Below, one piece after another: positions 1-9,442 of a stretch of DNA of 64,000 bases. Location: contig OY762463.1 of the NCBI GenBank assembly GCA_963665815.1, positions 1,088,001 to 1,152,000 on the forward strand, written 5' to 3'. Source of the stretch: Candidatus Cloacimonadales bacterium (GTDB lineage Bacteria; Cloacimonadota; Cloacimonadia; Cloacimonadales; JAIOQZ01). The position numbers were made by a program, and so were the translations under genes. The first letter of the stretch is position 1. Every line of letters begins with the position of its first letter. The notes under the pieces are model-generated. The model searched no databases. It saw only the letters and a program-made list of their open reading frames with translations, and had not been told where the DNA came from.

Positions 1-1113
1 ACCCAGAGTCTCATCTCTTGCCAGAAATTCATGAAGACTGCTTGCTGTCTCAAGAAGTTTATCAAAATCCTCCTTAGAATTTTCTACAAGAAATGTATCG
101 GGATCACTTCCTGACGGAAGTTCAACAATTCTGGCATTACCGCCAGTAAGTAATATTTCATGCGCAGCCTTTAATGCAGCCTTTCTTCCCGCTTTATCAC
201 CATCAAAAACCAGATCGAAATTCTTTGTATATCTACTTGCAAGATTTATCTGCTCTCTGGTTAAAGCAGTTCCAAGCACTGCTGCAACATTCACATAACC
301 ATTCTCATACAGTCTTAGTAGATCCGTATAACCTTCTACAAGCAGAATACAATCCTTTTTTGAAGCATCATATCTTGTCTGATACAGGCCATACAATTCA
401 TTCCCTTTTTGATAAATTGATGTTGTCGGAGAATTGATATACTTTCCACCTGAAAATTCTTTGGATATTACTCTTCCTCCAAAAGCAACAGTATGCCCCC
501 TTATTGAGATAATAGGAAACATAACTCTGTCTCTGAACTGATCGAAAAGATCATTACGACTACCTTTGGAAAATAATCCGCTTTCGGCAAGAATTTTAGA
601 ATTAATGTGATTCTTCTCAAGATAGTTCAGTAAACCTCTGTAGCTGTTGAGCGAATAACCAATCTGAAATTTTTCTATAGTTTCCTTTGTTATTCCTCTA
701 TTAAGAAGATATTTCTCTGCCTGTTCCCCATGTTTTTTCAAGTTATCTCTGAAAAAATCTTTTGCCAAATTGTATATTGTATAAAGCAATTCATGTTTAG
801 ATTGCTTATGATTACTCTTTTTTTCTTTTTTAATTGTTACACCAGCAATAGCTGCAACTTTGTTCAAAGCTTCGTAGAAATTAATTTTTTCGTATTTTTC
901 AACAAAAGTGAATACATTTCCTGCGACTCCGCAACCAAAACACTTAAAAATCTGCTTCTGCTCGCTTACGACAAAAGAAGCAGTCTTTTCTTCATGAAAA
1001 GGACATGGAGACTTATAGTTAGATCCCGTTTTTTTCAATGGAATATAACTACCTATAACATCTACAATGTTAACACTTTGTCTTACAAGATCTATTGTAC
1101 TTTTATCTGCCAT
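1..1113 (-). CDS. dnaG: DNA primase, 5' part (runs off the left edge; absent from the ORF track)
   Basis: Manual translation from ATG at 1113 gives MADKSTIDLVRQSVNIVDVIGSYIPLKKTGSNYKSPCPFHEEKTASF...FKCFGCG (CHC2 zinc finger). Toprim motifs ILLVEGYTD and FDGDKAG follow. Confidence 0.96.
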   Translation of the reverse strand, partial: MADKSTIDLVRQSVNIVDVIGSYIPLKKTGSNYKSPCPFHEEKTASFVVSEQKQIFKCFGCGVAGNVFTFVEKYEKINFYEALNKVAAIAGVTIKKEKKSNHKQSKHELLYTIYNLAKDFFRDNLKKHGEQAEKYLLNRGITKETIEKFQIGYSLNSYRGLLNYLEKNHINSKILAESGLFSKGSRNDLFDQFRDRVMFPIISIRGHTVAFGGRVISKEFSGGKYINSPTTSIYQKGNELYGLYQTRYDASKKDCILLVEGYTDLLRLYENGYVNVAAVLGTALTREQINLASRYTKNFDLVFDGDKAGRKAALKAAHEILLTGGNARIVELPSGSDPDTFLVENSKEDFDKLLETASSLHEFLARDETLG

Positions 1114-1115
1114 TA

Positions 1116-3488
1116 TTACTCAATATCGAAACATACTACCGTTACGCCATCACCACCGGCTTCAGGTGGAGGTGAAAAAAAATCATCAACAATTTTTGTT
1201 CTTCTCAGTTGTTGTCTGATTTTTGATCTCAATACTCCCGTACCTTTACCATGCACAATACGCACCTTGGATAATCCATGAAACTTCGCATCTTCTATGA
1301 ATTCTTCAATTTCAGGCATAGCTTCACTGAATGTTTTACCAAGAACCTTTATCTCCATTAAGGACTTTCTTTTAGCCGGGGATTTCCCATAGGTTACATT
1401 TACTTTTGTAGACGTTGATCTTTTACCTTCTGTAACACACTCGAGAAGACTGCTTTTATCTGTAGTAAAAAGAAATCCATTTACAGAAACGACTATTTTA
1501 TCTTTTTCTATAGAAGCAATTTCACCCTGAGAATCAAAGTTTTCTACCCAGACTCTTTTGCCAATTTCAGGTTTTTCAAGAGGAGCCCAGCCTTCCTTAT
1601 TGTTATCAGAGTTTAGTTTCTTATCAAATTGGCTACCTATGGATGATGCTTTATCGAGAGACTTCTGCATCATTTCGCGTTTTTTTCTATTATCTAATTT
1701 CTCCTGATTTCTTATACTGTCAATCTCATTATTCAGCTCTGATTGAATATTGGAAATCATGTCTCTTCCCTTTTTCAGAGCTTCTTTTTCTATTCTCTTC
1801 TTGTTCTTCTCTATACTATTCAGCTTGCTCTCATATTCATTTATCTTCTGTTCCAGCAATCTACGTTTAAGAGTATGCTCGTATGTTTCTCTTGCAAGGT
1901 TTTTCTTTTCCTGATTCATCTTTGTTATCAAAGTCGATAAATCAACTGTCTGCTTACCTGTTATCTCTTGAGCTCTCCCAATTAATGCGCTGTCAAATCC
2001 ATATGAAGAAGCAATCTCAATAGCAAAACTGTTTCCCGGAAGTCCGAATTTAAAGCAGTATGTAGGAGACAGACTTTCAGGATCAAACTGCATGGAAGCA
2101 TTTGAACATTTCTCTTCTTCCTCGGCAAACAATTTCAATGTAGTATAATGTGTTGTAATGACACCTGTCATTCCCATACTGAGAAAGCGTTCAAGGACTG
2201 CCTGTGCCAGTGCTCCACCCTGTTCCGGATCAGTTGCAGCCCCAATTTCATCTATCAGTATCAGAGACTTATCTGTACCGAATTCAATCATCTCTGCAAT
2301 TCTCCTGATATGTGATGAGAATGTACTTAGCGATGCCTCAATAGACTGATCATCTCCAATATCCGCAAAAACGGAATCAAATGCACCAACAATACTGGAA
2401 TCATCTGCCGGAATAGGTATTCCGGAATGAGTCATTATTACAAGAAGACCGATTGATTTCAGCGTTACTGTCTTTCCGCCAGTATTTGGTCCGGAAATCA
2501 GCAATATTTTCATTGATTCATTCAGTTCGATATCAAATGGTATTACTTTTTTAATGTTTCCAAGACTGTTAATCAATAATGGATGACGAGCTCCTTTAAG
2601 CTTTATAATCGATTTCTCTGACAGTTCAGGAACAACTGCATTCATACTATTTGCATATCTTCCCAGAGCAAACTTCAGATCCAGGTCTCTCAGAAGATTA
2701 CAGTTCTTTACAATAATTGATTTCTTTAATATCACATCATAGGAAAAGTTCTTCAATATCCTGAATACTTCCTGCTTTTCATCACTGTTCAAACGGATAA
2801 GTTTATTGTTATCTGCTACAATATCGAGAGGCTCAATAAAAATAGTTGATCTACTTGAAGATGATCCATGCTCTACCCCTTTAAATCCCCCGGCAGCAAC
2901 ATCTTTAACAGGTAGAACATATCTGTTGTCTCTTAATGTGAAAACAGAATCAGAAAGACTGTTTGAATCTGATTTAATTTTCATATCAAGAGTTTTCACA
3001 ATGTTCCTTCTTGTTGATCTTTTCTGCTTTCTGATCCTTCTCAACTCTTCAGATGCTGAATCAAGAACATCTCCTTCATGATCAAAAACCTGTTTGAATC
3101 TCTTTATAAGATCATTGCATGATTCGAATCCGGAAATAAGCTCTCTAAGATATTCAACGTTATCCTCAAGTTCAATTGCCAGCATGGACTCGACAATAAT
3201 CATGTTATCAATAATTTGCTTCAGTTCAAGATAAGAAAATACAACTTCATCATGGTTCTTGAAGAGAGGTGTTAAATCGGATAACTTCCTGAAATCAAGA
3301 TTATAACCTATCCTGAGTAGATATTGTATTTCTTTGATAAAACCCAGAAAATTAACTAATTTCTGTCTGTCACACATTGGTGACATTTTTAATGCCTGCT
3401 CAGCTCCAATATCAGAATGGCATTCAAGGGAAATCAACTCTTTTACTTTTTCGAATTCAAGCTGTCTATTTGAATATTTAATGTTCAT
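1116..3488 (-). CDS. mutS2: MutS2 family ATPase/endonuclease with C-terminal Smr domain
   Basis: Walker A GPNTGGKT, DIGDDQSIEASLSTFSSH, LIDEIGAATDP; C-terminal Smr motif IVHGKGTGVLR...GGDGVT. Confidence 0.96.
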   Translation of the reverse strand: MNIKYSNRQLEFEKVKELISLECHSDIGAEQALKMSPMCDRQKLVNFLGFIKEIQYLLRIGYNLDFRKLSDLTPLFKNHDEVVFSYLELKQIIDNMIIVESMLAIELEDNVEYLRELISGFESCNDLIKRFKQVFDHEGDVLDSASEELRRIRKQKRSTRRNIVKTLDMKIKSDSNSLSDSVFTLRDNRYVLPVKDVAAGGFKGVEHGSSSSRSTIFIEPLDIVADNNKLIRLNSDEKQEVFRILKNFSYDVILKKSIIVKNCNLLRDLDLKFALGRYANSMNAVVPELSEKSIIKLKGARHPLLINSLGNIKKVIPFDIELNESMKILLISGPNTGGKTVTLKSIGLLVIMTHSGIPIPADDSSIVGAFDSVFADIGDDQSIEASLSTFSSHIRRIAEMIEFGTDKSLILIDEIGAATDPEQGGALAQAVLERFLSMGMTGVITTHYTTLKLFAEEEEKCSNASMQFDPESLSPTYCFKFGLPGNSFAIEIASSYGFDSALIGRAQEITGKQTVDLSTLITKMNQEKKNLARETYEHTLKRRLLEQKINEYESKLNSIEKNKKRIEKEALKKGRDMISNIQSELNNEIDSIRNQEKLDNRKKREMMQKSLDKASSIGSQFDKKLNSDNNKEGWAPLEKPEIGKRVWVENFDSQGEIASIEKDKIVVSVNGFLFTTDKSSLLECVTEGKRSTSTKVNVTYGKSPAKRKSLMEIKVLGKTFSEAMPEIEEFIEDAKFHGLSKVRIVHGKGTGVLRSKIRQQLRRTKIVDDFFSPPPEAGGDGVTVVCFDIE

Positions 3489-3497
3489 AATTATATA

Positions 3498-3980
3498 CTA
3501 TTTTTTTTCTACCTGTTCAGCTATTTTTAATTGAACTTCATCAGAAGCTATATCAAGCAATTCTACGATTTTCGACTTCTTCTTCAATTCCGATGTAAAT
3601 GTAACAAATGGCAGAACATCCATAATAACATAAACAAGCAACAGGAAGATCACCCCGTTTATCAAAGCAAACAAAGCCCCCAGAATTCTGTTAAGGATAT
3701 TCAGCTGCATAAGCTCCAGCAGCTTCTGAGATGCAAAGATTAATAACCTGATCATTAATCCTATAAAAATAAAGATAATGATATAAGATAACACAATAGC
3801 AAGTGTCGGATTCAGAGAAAACTTCTGAATCAGCCCATCCCTAACAAGAGGTCCAAATCTTACAATCATAACAAAGCTTACTGCAACACCAACTAATTGA
3901 AGAATTGCTGCTATCAAACCTTTTCTGAAGCCAAGAAAAGCAATCACACACAGTATAATTAATAAAATAAAATCTATCAT
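3498..3980 (-). CDS. cvpA: CvpA (colicin V production) family membrane protein
   Basis: N-terminal IDFILL...GFRKGLI, LNRILGALFALING, four hydrophobic segments, adjacent to mutS2. Confidence 0.88.
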   Translation of the reverse strand: MIDFILLIILCVIAFLGFRKGLIAAILQLVGVAVSFVMIVRFGPLVRDGLIQKFSLNPTLAIVLSYIIIFIFIGLMIRLLIFASQKLLELMQLNILNRILGALFALINGVIFLLLVYVIMDVLPFVTFTSELKKKSKIVELLDIASDEVQLKIAEQVEKK

Positions 3981-4086
3981 GTTCTCACCTGCAAAAGTAC
4001 TCTTTATTTATAATGTTAAGTTACAATTAATAAGTTCTGTTTGTTAGTTTTTAGTAAAGATTGTTGATATTTAAAGCAAATACGAG

Positions 4087-4115
4087 AAAAAGGCTGTTGA
4101 CATTGTCAGCAGCCT
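4087..4115 (-). terminator. Intrinsic terminator after rpsU
   Basis: Minus strand AGGCTGCTGACAATGTCAACAGCCT followed by a T tract. Confidence 0.75.
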
Positions 4116-4145
4116 GGATATTCTAAAAAAATGAAAGTTTCAACT

Positions 4146-4349
4146 TTATGAATATCTTTCCAATTTTCTCAAATTTTTTAACATCTTTCTTCTAGCTGTA
4201 TTAAGCTTTCTCTTTTTCATATCACTTGGCTTTTCGTAAGCCTGATGTTTTTTGATATCTGACAAGATAGAAGCTCTTTCACATTTTTTCTTAAATTTCT
4301 TTAACAAAATGTCAAAAGGTTCATTCTCTTTTGCATATACTGTAGGCAT
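4146..4349 (-). CDS. rpsU: 30S ribosomal protein S21 (67 aa; start corrected from the ORF track)
   Basis: MPTVYAKENEPFDILLKKFKKKCERASILSDIKKHQAYEKPS; strong Shine-Dalgarno AGGAGGTGA before ATG at 4349. Confidence 0.95.
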   Translation of the reverse strand: MPTVYAKENEPFDILLKKFKKKCERASILSDIKKHQAYEKPSDMKKRKLNTARRKMLKNLRKLERYS

Positions 4350-4425
4350 TTCTTTCTCACCTCCTTCCTGTCTTAATCTGATGCCAGAAAAAAATACCTC
4401 AAAACTATTGTCAAGCTTATGCAAA

Positions 4426-5049
4426 CTATTTTTTTCTAACTCCAAGTCGTAAAATATCTATTATTCCTTCTTTAGCTTCCTCAAGACTGAAATTTACAGT
4501 TTTATTGTTAATTTCTGTAAGAACAAAATCCAGCGAACCAAGAATCATACATGCAAAAATGTCTCTGTTGACATTTCTCCATTCTCCTTCAGCAATTGCT
4601 TCATCAATCAGTTTTTTCAGATAATTGAAATATTCTGTAAAAATCCAGTTTTCAGGAAAATGCTTGTAGAAATCACTTGATTGTCTGAGCTCAATTGCTA
4701 TAAATTTCATTAAATACGGGTTTTCCTTAAATAAATCAACATGATAATTAAAGAAACTTATCAATTTTTCCACACCATGTTCTATGAGCTCAGTTTTTTC
4801 AATTACTGATTCCAGTTTCTTGTAAAACACCTCTTTAAAAGCCTTTAAAAGTAAATCATCCTTATTTGCAAAGTACAAGTAAACTGTTCCATCTGCTACA
4901 TTAGCGGCTTTGGCAACTTCAGAAATTTTTGTATTGTGAAATCCTTTCTTGGAGAATATCTTGATTGCTGCCTGAATAATTGCTTCTCTTTTGATCGCTT
5001 GCTTTCTGTTAAGCTTATCTGTGTCTTTAATTTCCGGTTTCATAATCAT
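4426..5049 (-). CDS. TetR/AcrR family transcriptional regulator (FadR/YsiA-like)
   Basis: HTH IIQAAIKIFSKKGFHNTKISEVAKAANVADGTVYLYFANKDDLL. Confidence 0.93.
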   Translation of the reverse strand: MIMKPEIKDTDKLNRKQAIKREAIIQAAIKIFSKKGFHNTKISEVAKAANVADGTVYLYFANKDDLLLKAFKEVFYKKLESVIEKTELIEHGVEKLISFFNYHVDLFKENPYLMKFIAIELRQSSDFYKHFPENWIFTEYFNYLKKLIDEAIAEGEWRNVNRDIFACMILGSLDFVLTEINNKTVNFSLEEAKEGIIDILRLGVRKK

Positions 5050-5074
5050 TCCCCTTATTTTATTTAATTACACA

Positions 5075-5101
5075 AAATGAATAAGCCTCATTTATTGTCA
5101 A
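5075..5101 (-). promoter_or_regulatory. Candidate tetR promoter with overlapping palindromic operator
   Basis: Minus-strand TTGACA (5101-5096) followed by inverted repeat AAATGA-N7-TCATTT (5075-5093), about 25 nt upstream of tetR. Confidence 0.4.
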
Positions 5102-5125
5102 TAAAATATATGTTCAATTTAAAAA

Positions 5126-7345
5126 TTAGAATATCATAGGACAGCCTATGGATACAAATGTTGTTAAATCGTCACGCTCTGAATTCCCATATAGAGACAG
5201 TTCAATAGGACCTATAGGTGAAATATAACCAACGGTAACTCCTCCACCTAACAAAAGCCCATACTTTTTACCATAAATATCCTTGCCCTCAGAACGAAAC
5301 AAATCTCGATAAGAATCCCCTATCTTACAGCCATTACCTTTTAAAGATATTACAAGATTTTCTATCGGCTCATAATGTAACGATGCTTGCATGACAAAAG
5401 CATTTACAACAGTTTTCTCCATAAAAGAAAAACCCCAAAGCGGCAAGTTTAATACGGAAGAATAATGTTCTCCTCCCACATAAATCTGTCTATCTCCGGT
5501 GATTTCATTGTTGTCTCTTCCACCAAACCACATATCACCAGATGCAAAAAAATCTCCAATTTCCATAACTTCTTTGTAATGCATAAAGTAATGATTAACA
5601 TTTTTTTCATTATTATCATCAACAATTCTATTGTGACTTTGCCTGTAATCCAGATGCAGTTTCACTCCATTTCTGGGATAAAATGTCCTGTCCAGATTAT
5701 CCATGAGCATATACATTCTGAATACAAGATATTTACTATATTCAGATCCCTGATACCAACTTGGTTTGACAAAATTAGGTGTCAGTTCCACACGCTCATA
5801 GGACACATCTCCCCCAATAACAAATTCGTTGGTGAATGTTGTCTGCAAACCTATTGAACCGGCAAATTGCTTATACTTGAAGTTTGCCGAAATTGCATAA
5901 GATGAATCCCTTATACTTACATCAAGTTTATTGAACCAGATTTTTGTTTTTAATCCAAAACCCGGTTTCCAGCCTGTATGAATAAAATACTGTGCTTCTG
6001 TTCCATAATTTTCGCTTAACTTGAAATCAATAGACAGTTTCGAGCTTTCCAACAGAAAATTTCTATATGTTCTGTTCAATAAAACAGAAGACTTTAGATC
6101 CGTGTTATAGTGCAGCCCGACCCTGAATGAATTTACATTCTTTTCTACAACCCTGAGTATCAGGTGAATACCATTATTTACCGGTTTGAACTCATACGTT
6201 ACCCTCTCGAAATATCCTGATCCGTATAGTCGGTCAACAAGCTCACTTAAATCATCCTGATTCATCCATCTGTTTTCAATAATTCCATGCATCCCAATGA
6301 TGATGTTTTTAGAAAGTTTATCAAGCCCTTTGACTTCAGTTTTAACTACATATAGTGAATCAACAGATTTTATAGGAAAAAAGTTTTCCTTTCTGTTTTT
6401 CTGTGACTCAGCAATTTTCAGAAGTTCTTTAAATTGCCTTCGCGCAGCTCTTTCACCAATTGCAATTAGAGAATCAATATACTCGAAATCTGTAATGGAA
6501 TAGGCCTCAGTATCTGGTTGAATAAGTAAATCAACAAGCTTTCGTTGTTCAAGAGTAGAGAATGCACCATTCAGCCCTATAGACTGTTCAACAATATTTA
6601 CAAGTGTCTGTAGTTGTTCTTTTGATTTAAATGTTCTGGCAACATCAATACCAATTACATAATCCGCTCCCATTTCAATACAGTCTGAGACAGGGAAATT
6701 CCTTACAAGACCACCATCAACAAGTAATTTTCCATTAAGCTCAATAGGCTTAAACATTGTTGGTATAGACATACTTGCACGAATTGCATCAGCAAGATAA
6801 CCTGAATCAAACACAACAGCTTCACCCTTTTCAATGTCAGTAGCAACACATCTGAATGGAATCGGAAAATCATCAAAGCTTTCCAGATGATGTACTGAAA
6901 GGGTTAATTTTGCCAGTAAATTGGAAAAGTTCTGGCCTGCAACGAGCCCCGAAGGTAATACAGGCTTATTATTCAGCATAGGAAATGAAAGAGCATATCT
7001 TTTTTCAAGATCCTTTTCTTCCATTGAAAGAGCAGTTCTCGGCGTTTTATCCATTAAAAAGGAGTTCCAGTCAATACTCTTTGCCAAATCTTCCAATTCA
7101 TCAGGAGTATACCCAATTGCATATAGTGCTCCAAGAATACTCCCCATACTGGTGCCAGAAATATAATCAACTTTTAAGCCAAGTTCATCAATTACCTTCA
7201 GTACGCCAATATGAGCAAAACCCTTAGCTCCACCACCACTTAAAACGAGTCCGACCTTAAGTGAGTCACACTCATTGAGATTAGCTTGTGGATTTGCAAA
7301 CAGCATTCCGGCTGTAATAAACAAAATGATAAATATGTATTTCAT
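5126..7345 (-). CDS. Patatin-like phospholipase with POTRA and Omp85-type beta-barrel (PlpD-like)
   Basis: Signal peptide; patatin motifs GGGAKG, GTSMG, DGG; POTRA-like LYGSGYFERV; barrel end GYISPIGPIELS and C-terminal Phe. Confidence 0.9.
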   Translation of the reverse strand: MKYIFIILFITAGMLFANPQANLNECDSLKVGLVLSGGGAKGFAHIGVLKVIDELGLKVDYISGTSMGSILGALYAIGYTPDELEDLAKSIDWNSFLMDKTPRTALSMEEKDLEKRYALSFPMLNNKPVLPSGLVAGQNFSNLLAKLTLSVHHLESFDDFPIPFRCVATDIEKGEAVVFDSGYLADAIRASMSIPTMFKPIELNGKLLVDGGLVRNFPVSDCIEMGADYVIGIDVARTFKSKEQLQTLVNIVEQSIGLNGAFSTLEQRKLVDLLIQPDTEAYSITDFEYIDSLIAIGERAARRQFKELLKIAESQKNRKENFFPIKSVDSLYVVKTEVKGLDKLSKNIIIGMHGIIENRWMNQDDLSELVDRLYGSGYFERVTYEFKPVNNGIHLILRVVEKNVNSFRVGLHYNTDLKSSVLLNRTYRNFLLESSKLSIDFKLSENYGTEAQYFIHTGWKPGFGLKTKIWFNKLDVSIRDSSYAISANFKYKQFAGSIGLQTTFTNEFVIGGDVSYERVELTPNFVKPSWYQGSEYSKYLVFRMYMLMDNLDRTFYPRNGVKLHLDYRQSHNRIVDDNNEKNVNHYFMHYKEVMEIGDFFASGDMWFGGRDNNEITGDRQIYVGGEHYSSVLNLPLWGFSFMEKTVVNAFVMQASLHYEPIENLVISLKGNGCKIGDSYRDLFRSEGKDIYGKKYGLLLGGGVTVGYISPIGPIELSLYGNSERDDLTTFVSIGCPMIF

Positions 7346-8103
7346 TATTTCGATGCGTTTTTCAATAAAGCTTCAATATCAATTTCACCATCATCATCGT
7401 CTAACAGAAAATCATTGTTCTCTTCTACAGGGTTACTGCATTTTCTTGCAGGGAACTCGATATTAAAGTGCGATATCCCATCTACTGCTTTTAAAGCAAT
7501 TGTAAACTCACTTTGAGAAATCAAGTCAGCAATTAGTTTCAGTTCAAGTTCATCCTCAAGTTTTGCAGAATTAAAAAAATCTGTTTCAATGATAACAGCA
7601 TCTTCCTTGAGCTTAAAACAAATATCTATACTTGCATTTTCATCTTCCGTGTTAAGGAAAATTGTAACCTGTTCCCCATCTGCTGTATTGTCCAGAATAT
7701 AATCAATTGCCAGAGTAAGTATATTAAGAAGGACAGAAGCATTAATGTCTGCTACAACATTATTATCAACATTCAGAATTACTTCTCTTCGATGCTTATA
7801 TGTCATATTAGACATATAAAAAATATCAAACTGCTCAATAACTTCTCTGACACTTACCAGATGGTCATCCATATTCTTATCTACATCAATTACATACGTA
7901 ACATTCTTAAGTATTCTATTGATTCTGGACAATTGAGATTCAATTTTATCAAGTCCTTTCAAGTCAGGATTTTTCATCTGCAGTAACTCAAGTCTACCGG
8001 AAATTCCCATTATCGGAGTATTCAAATTATGAATCAATCCTCCAATCAATTTTCCATATTTTGATGACTTATACAAATCAATTAGTTCTTTTTTCATATT
8101 CAT
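7345..8103 (-). CDS. HisKA-domain protein with degenerate HATPase (possible phosphotransferase)
   Basis: H-box GGLIHNLNTPIMGISG; no recognisable N, G1 or G2 boxes; acidic tail; TAATG overlap with the patatin gene. Confidence 0.65.
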   Translation of the reverse strand: MNMKKELIDLYKSSKYGKLIGGLIHNLNTPIMGISGRLELLQMKNPDLKGLDKIESQLSRINRILKNVTYVIDVDKNMDDHLVSVREVIEQFDIFYMSNMTYKHRREVILNVDNNVVADINASVLLNILTLAIDYILDNTADGEQVTIFLNTEDENASIDICFKLKEDAVIIETDFFNSAKLEDELELKLIADLISQSEFTIALKAVDGISHFNIEFPARKCSNPVEENNDFLLDDDDGEIDIEALLKNASK

Positions 8104-8191
8104 ATCAAAATTATATTTTTAAACAGCTAAAAGTCAACAGCAAAAATTATTTAAATAAAAAACGAGTTAATCAGTAACATAAAATGAGATG

Positions 8192-8216
8192 AAAAAAGGG
8201 GGGAAAATCCCCCTTT
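8192..8216 (-). terminator. Intrinsic terminator after the aminotransferase
   Basis: AAAGGGGG/CCCCCTTT hairpin with a T tract on the minus strand. Confidence 0.7.
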
Positions 8217-8220
8217 AACT

Positions 8221-9429
8221 CTATTTAAGATTGTCTTTTATAACTTTAGCCAATCTTTTTACACCTTCAATGTTTTTTTCTATTGTTGTGAATGAGAAAT
8301 TTATTCTCATTGTATTCTGTCCGCCACCATTACAATAGAAGGCAGAACCAATTACAAATGCAACCTTTTCTTCAATTGCATGTTTGAATAATTCTTCCGC
8401 ATCCATATATTCCGGAAGAGTAAGGAAAAGGAACAATCCACCATCAGGAACAGTCCATGTTACTCCTTCAGGCATATGCTTATCAAATTCAGCAAGCATA
8501 ACATCGCGCTTTTCACGATACATTTCCTTAATCTTCTCAATGTTTTTATCCATTAATCCTTTTTCCAGGAATTTTGCTGCAATTCGCTGAGTAAACGGAG
8601 GTGTACATAAATCAACAGCTTGTTTGGCAACAACAAGTTTGTCGATCACATCTTCATGCCCAAGAGCCCAGCCTAATCTGAATCCTGGAACAAATGTCTT
8701 TGAAAAAGTTCCAAGAGTAAGTACATGACCGGTATCATCAAGAGCTATCATAGGAGGAACATGTTCTCCCTCAAATCTCAGTTCTCTGTATGGGCTGTCT
8801 TCAATAATCAGAACATCATACTTCTTAGCAATTTCGATTATTGCTACTCTCCTGTCTTCAGGCATACTGATTCCTGCAGGATTTTGAAAATCTGGAATAC
8901 AATATATTAATTTTGGTTTTTCACCATTATCCTGCATTTGCTTGAGGGTTTCTTCAAGTTTATCCGCTCTCATTCCATCTTCATCCATTTCAACACCTAC
9001 GAGATCAGCTCCATAACTGTTAAATGCGGACAATCCACCGAGATAAGAAGGCAGTTCACATATTATCTTGTCACCCCTGTCAACAAAGATCTTTGCAACA
9101 AGATCAAGTCCCTGTTGAGATGCAGTAGTAATCAGAATGTTATCCATTCCAAGATCAACACCGTCTTTCTTATAGCGCTTAAGAAGCTCTTCCCTGAGAA
9201 GATTGTCACCTTCTGTAGGACCATATTGAAGTACCATTGTTGGATCTTCTTCCATAATCTCATGAATTATTTCTTTCAGTTCTTCTACCGGGAATGATTC
9301 AGGAGCCGGAAGTCCACCTGCAAATGAAATTATATCAGGATTTCTTGTTAACTTAAGAAGTTCCCTGATTGCTGATCTTTTCATACCTTTTGCATTCTTA
9401 GAAAAAATGTTTTGTAAATCAGTTACCAT
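8221..9429 (-). CDS. PLP-dependent class I/II aminotransferase (LysN/aromatic aminotransferase-like)
   Basis: SAIRELLK, ISFAGGLP, FQNPAG, EDSPY, GTFSKTFVPGFRLGW. Confidence 0.93.
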   Translation of the reverse strand: MVTDLQNIFSKNAKGMKRSAIRELLKLTRNPDIISFAGGLPAPESFPVEELKEIIHEIMEEDPTMVLQYGPTEGDNLLREELLKRYKKDGVDLGMDNILITTASQQGLDLVAKIFVDRGDKIICELPSYLGGLSAFNSYGADLVGVEMDEDGMRADKLEETLKQMQDNGEKPKLIYCIPDFQNPAGISMPEDRRVAIIEIAKKYDVLIIEDSPYRELRFEGEHVPPMIALDDTGHVLTLGTFSKTFVPGFRLGWALGHEDVIDKLVVAKQAVDLCTPPFTQRIAAKFLEKGLMDKNIEKIKEMYREKRDVMLAEFDKHMPEGVTWTVPDGGLFLFLTLPEYMDAEELFKHAIEEKVAFVIGSAFYCNGGGQNTMRINFSFTTIEKNIEGVKRLAKVIKDNLK

Positions 9430-9442
9430 TTTTTTCCTCCAT

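Noticed and set aside
730-1281. 183-aa plus-strand ORF, and 174..437
   Set aside because: Antisense shadows of dnaG and mutS2, which carry clear motifs on the minus strand.
4350-4445. N-terminal extension of the S21 ORF in the track
   Set aside because: It overlaps tetR; the strong Shine-Dalgarno sits directly before ATG 4349, and S21 homology starts there.
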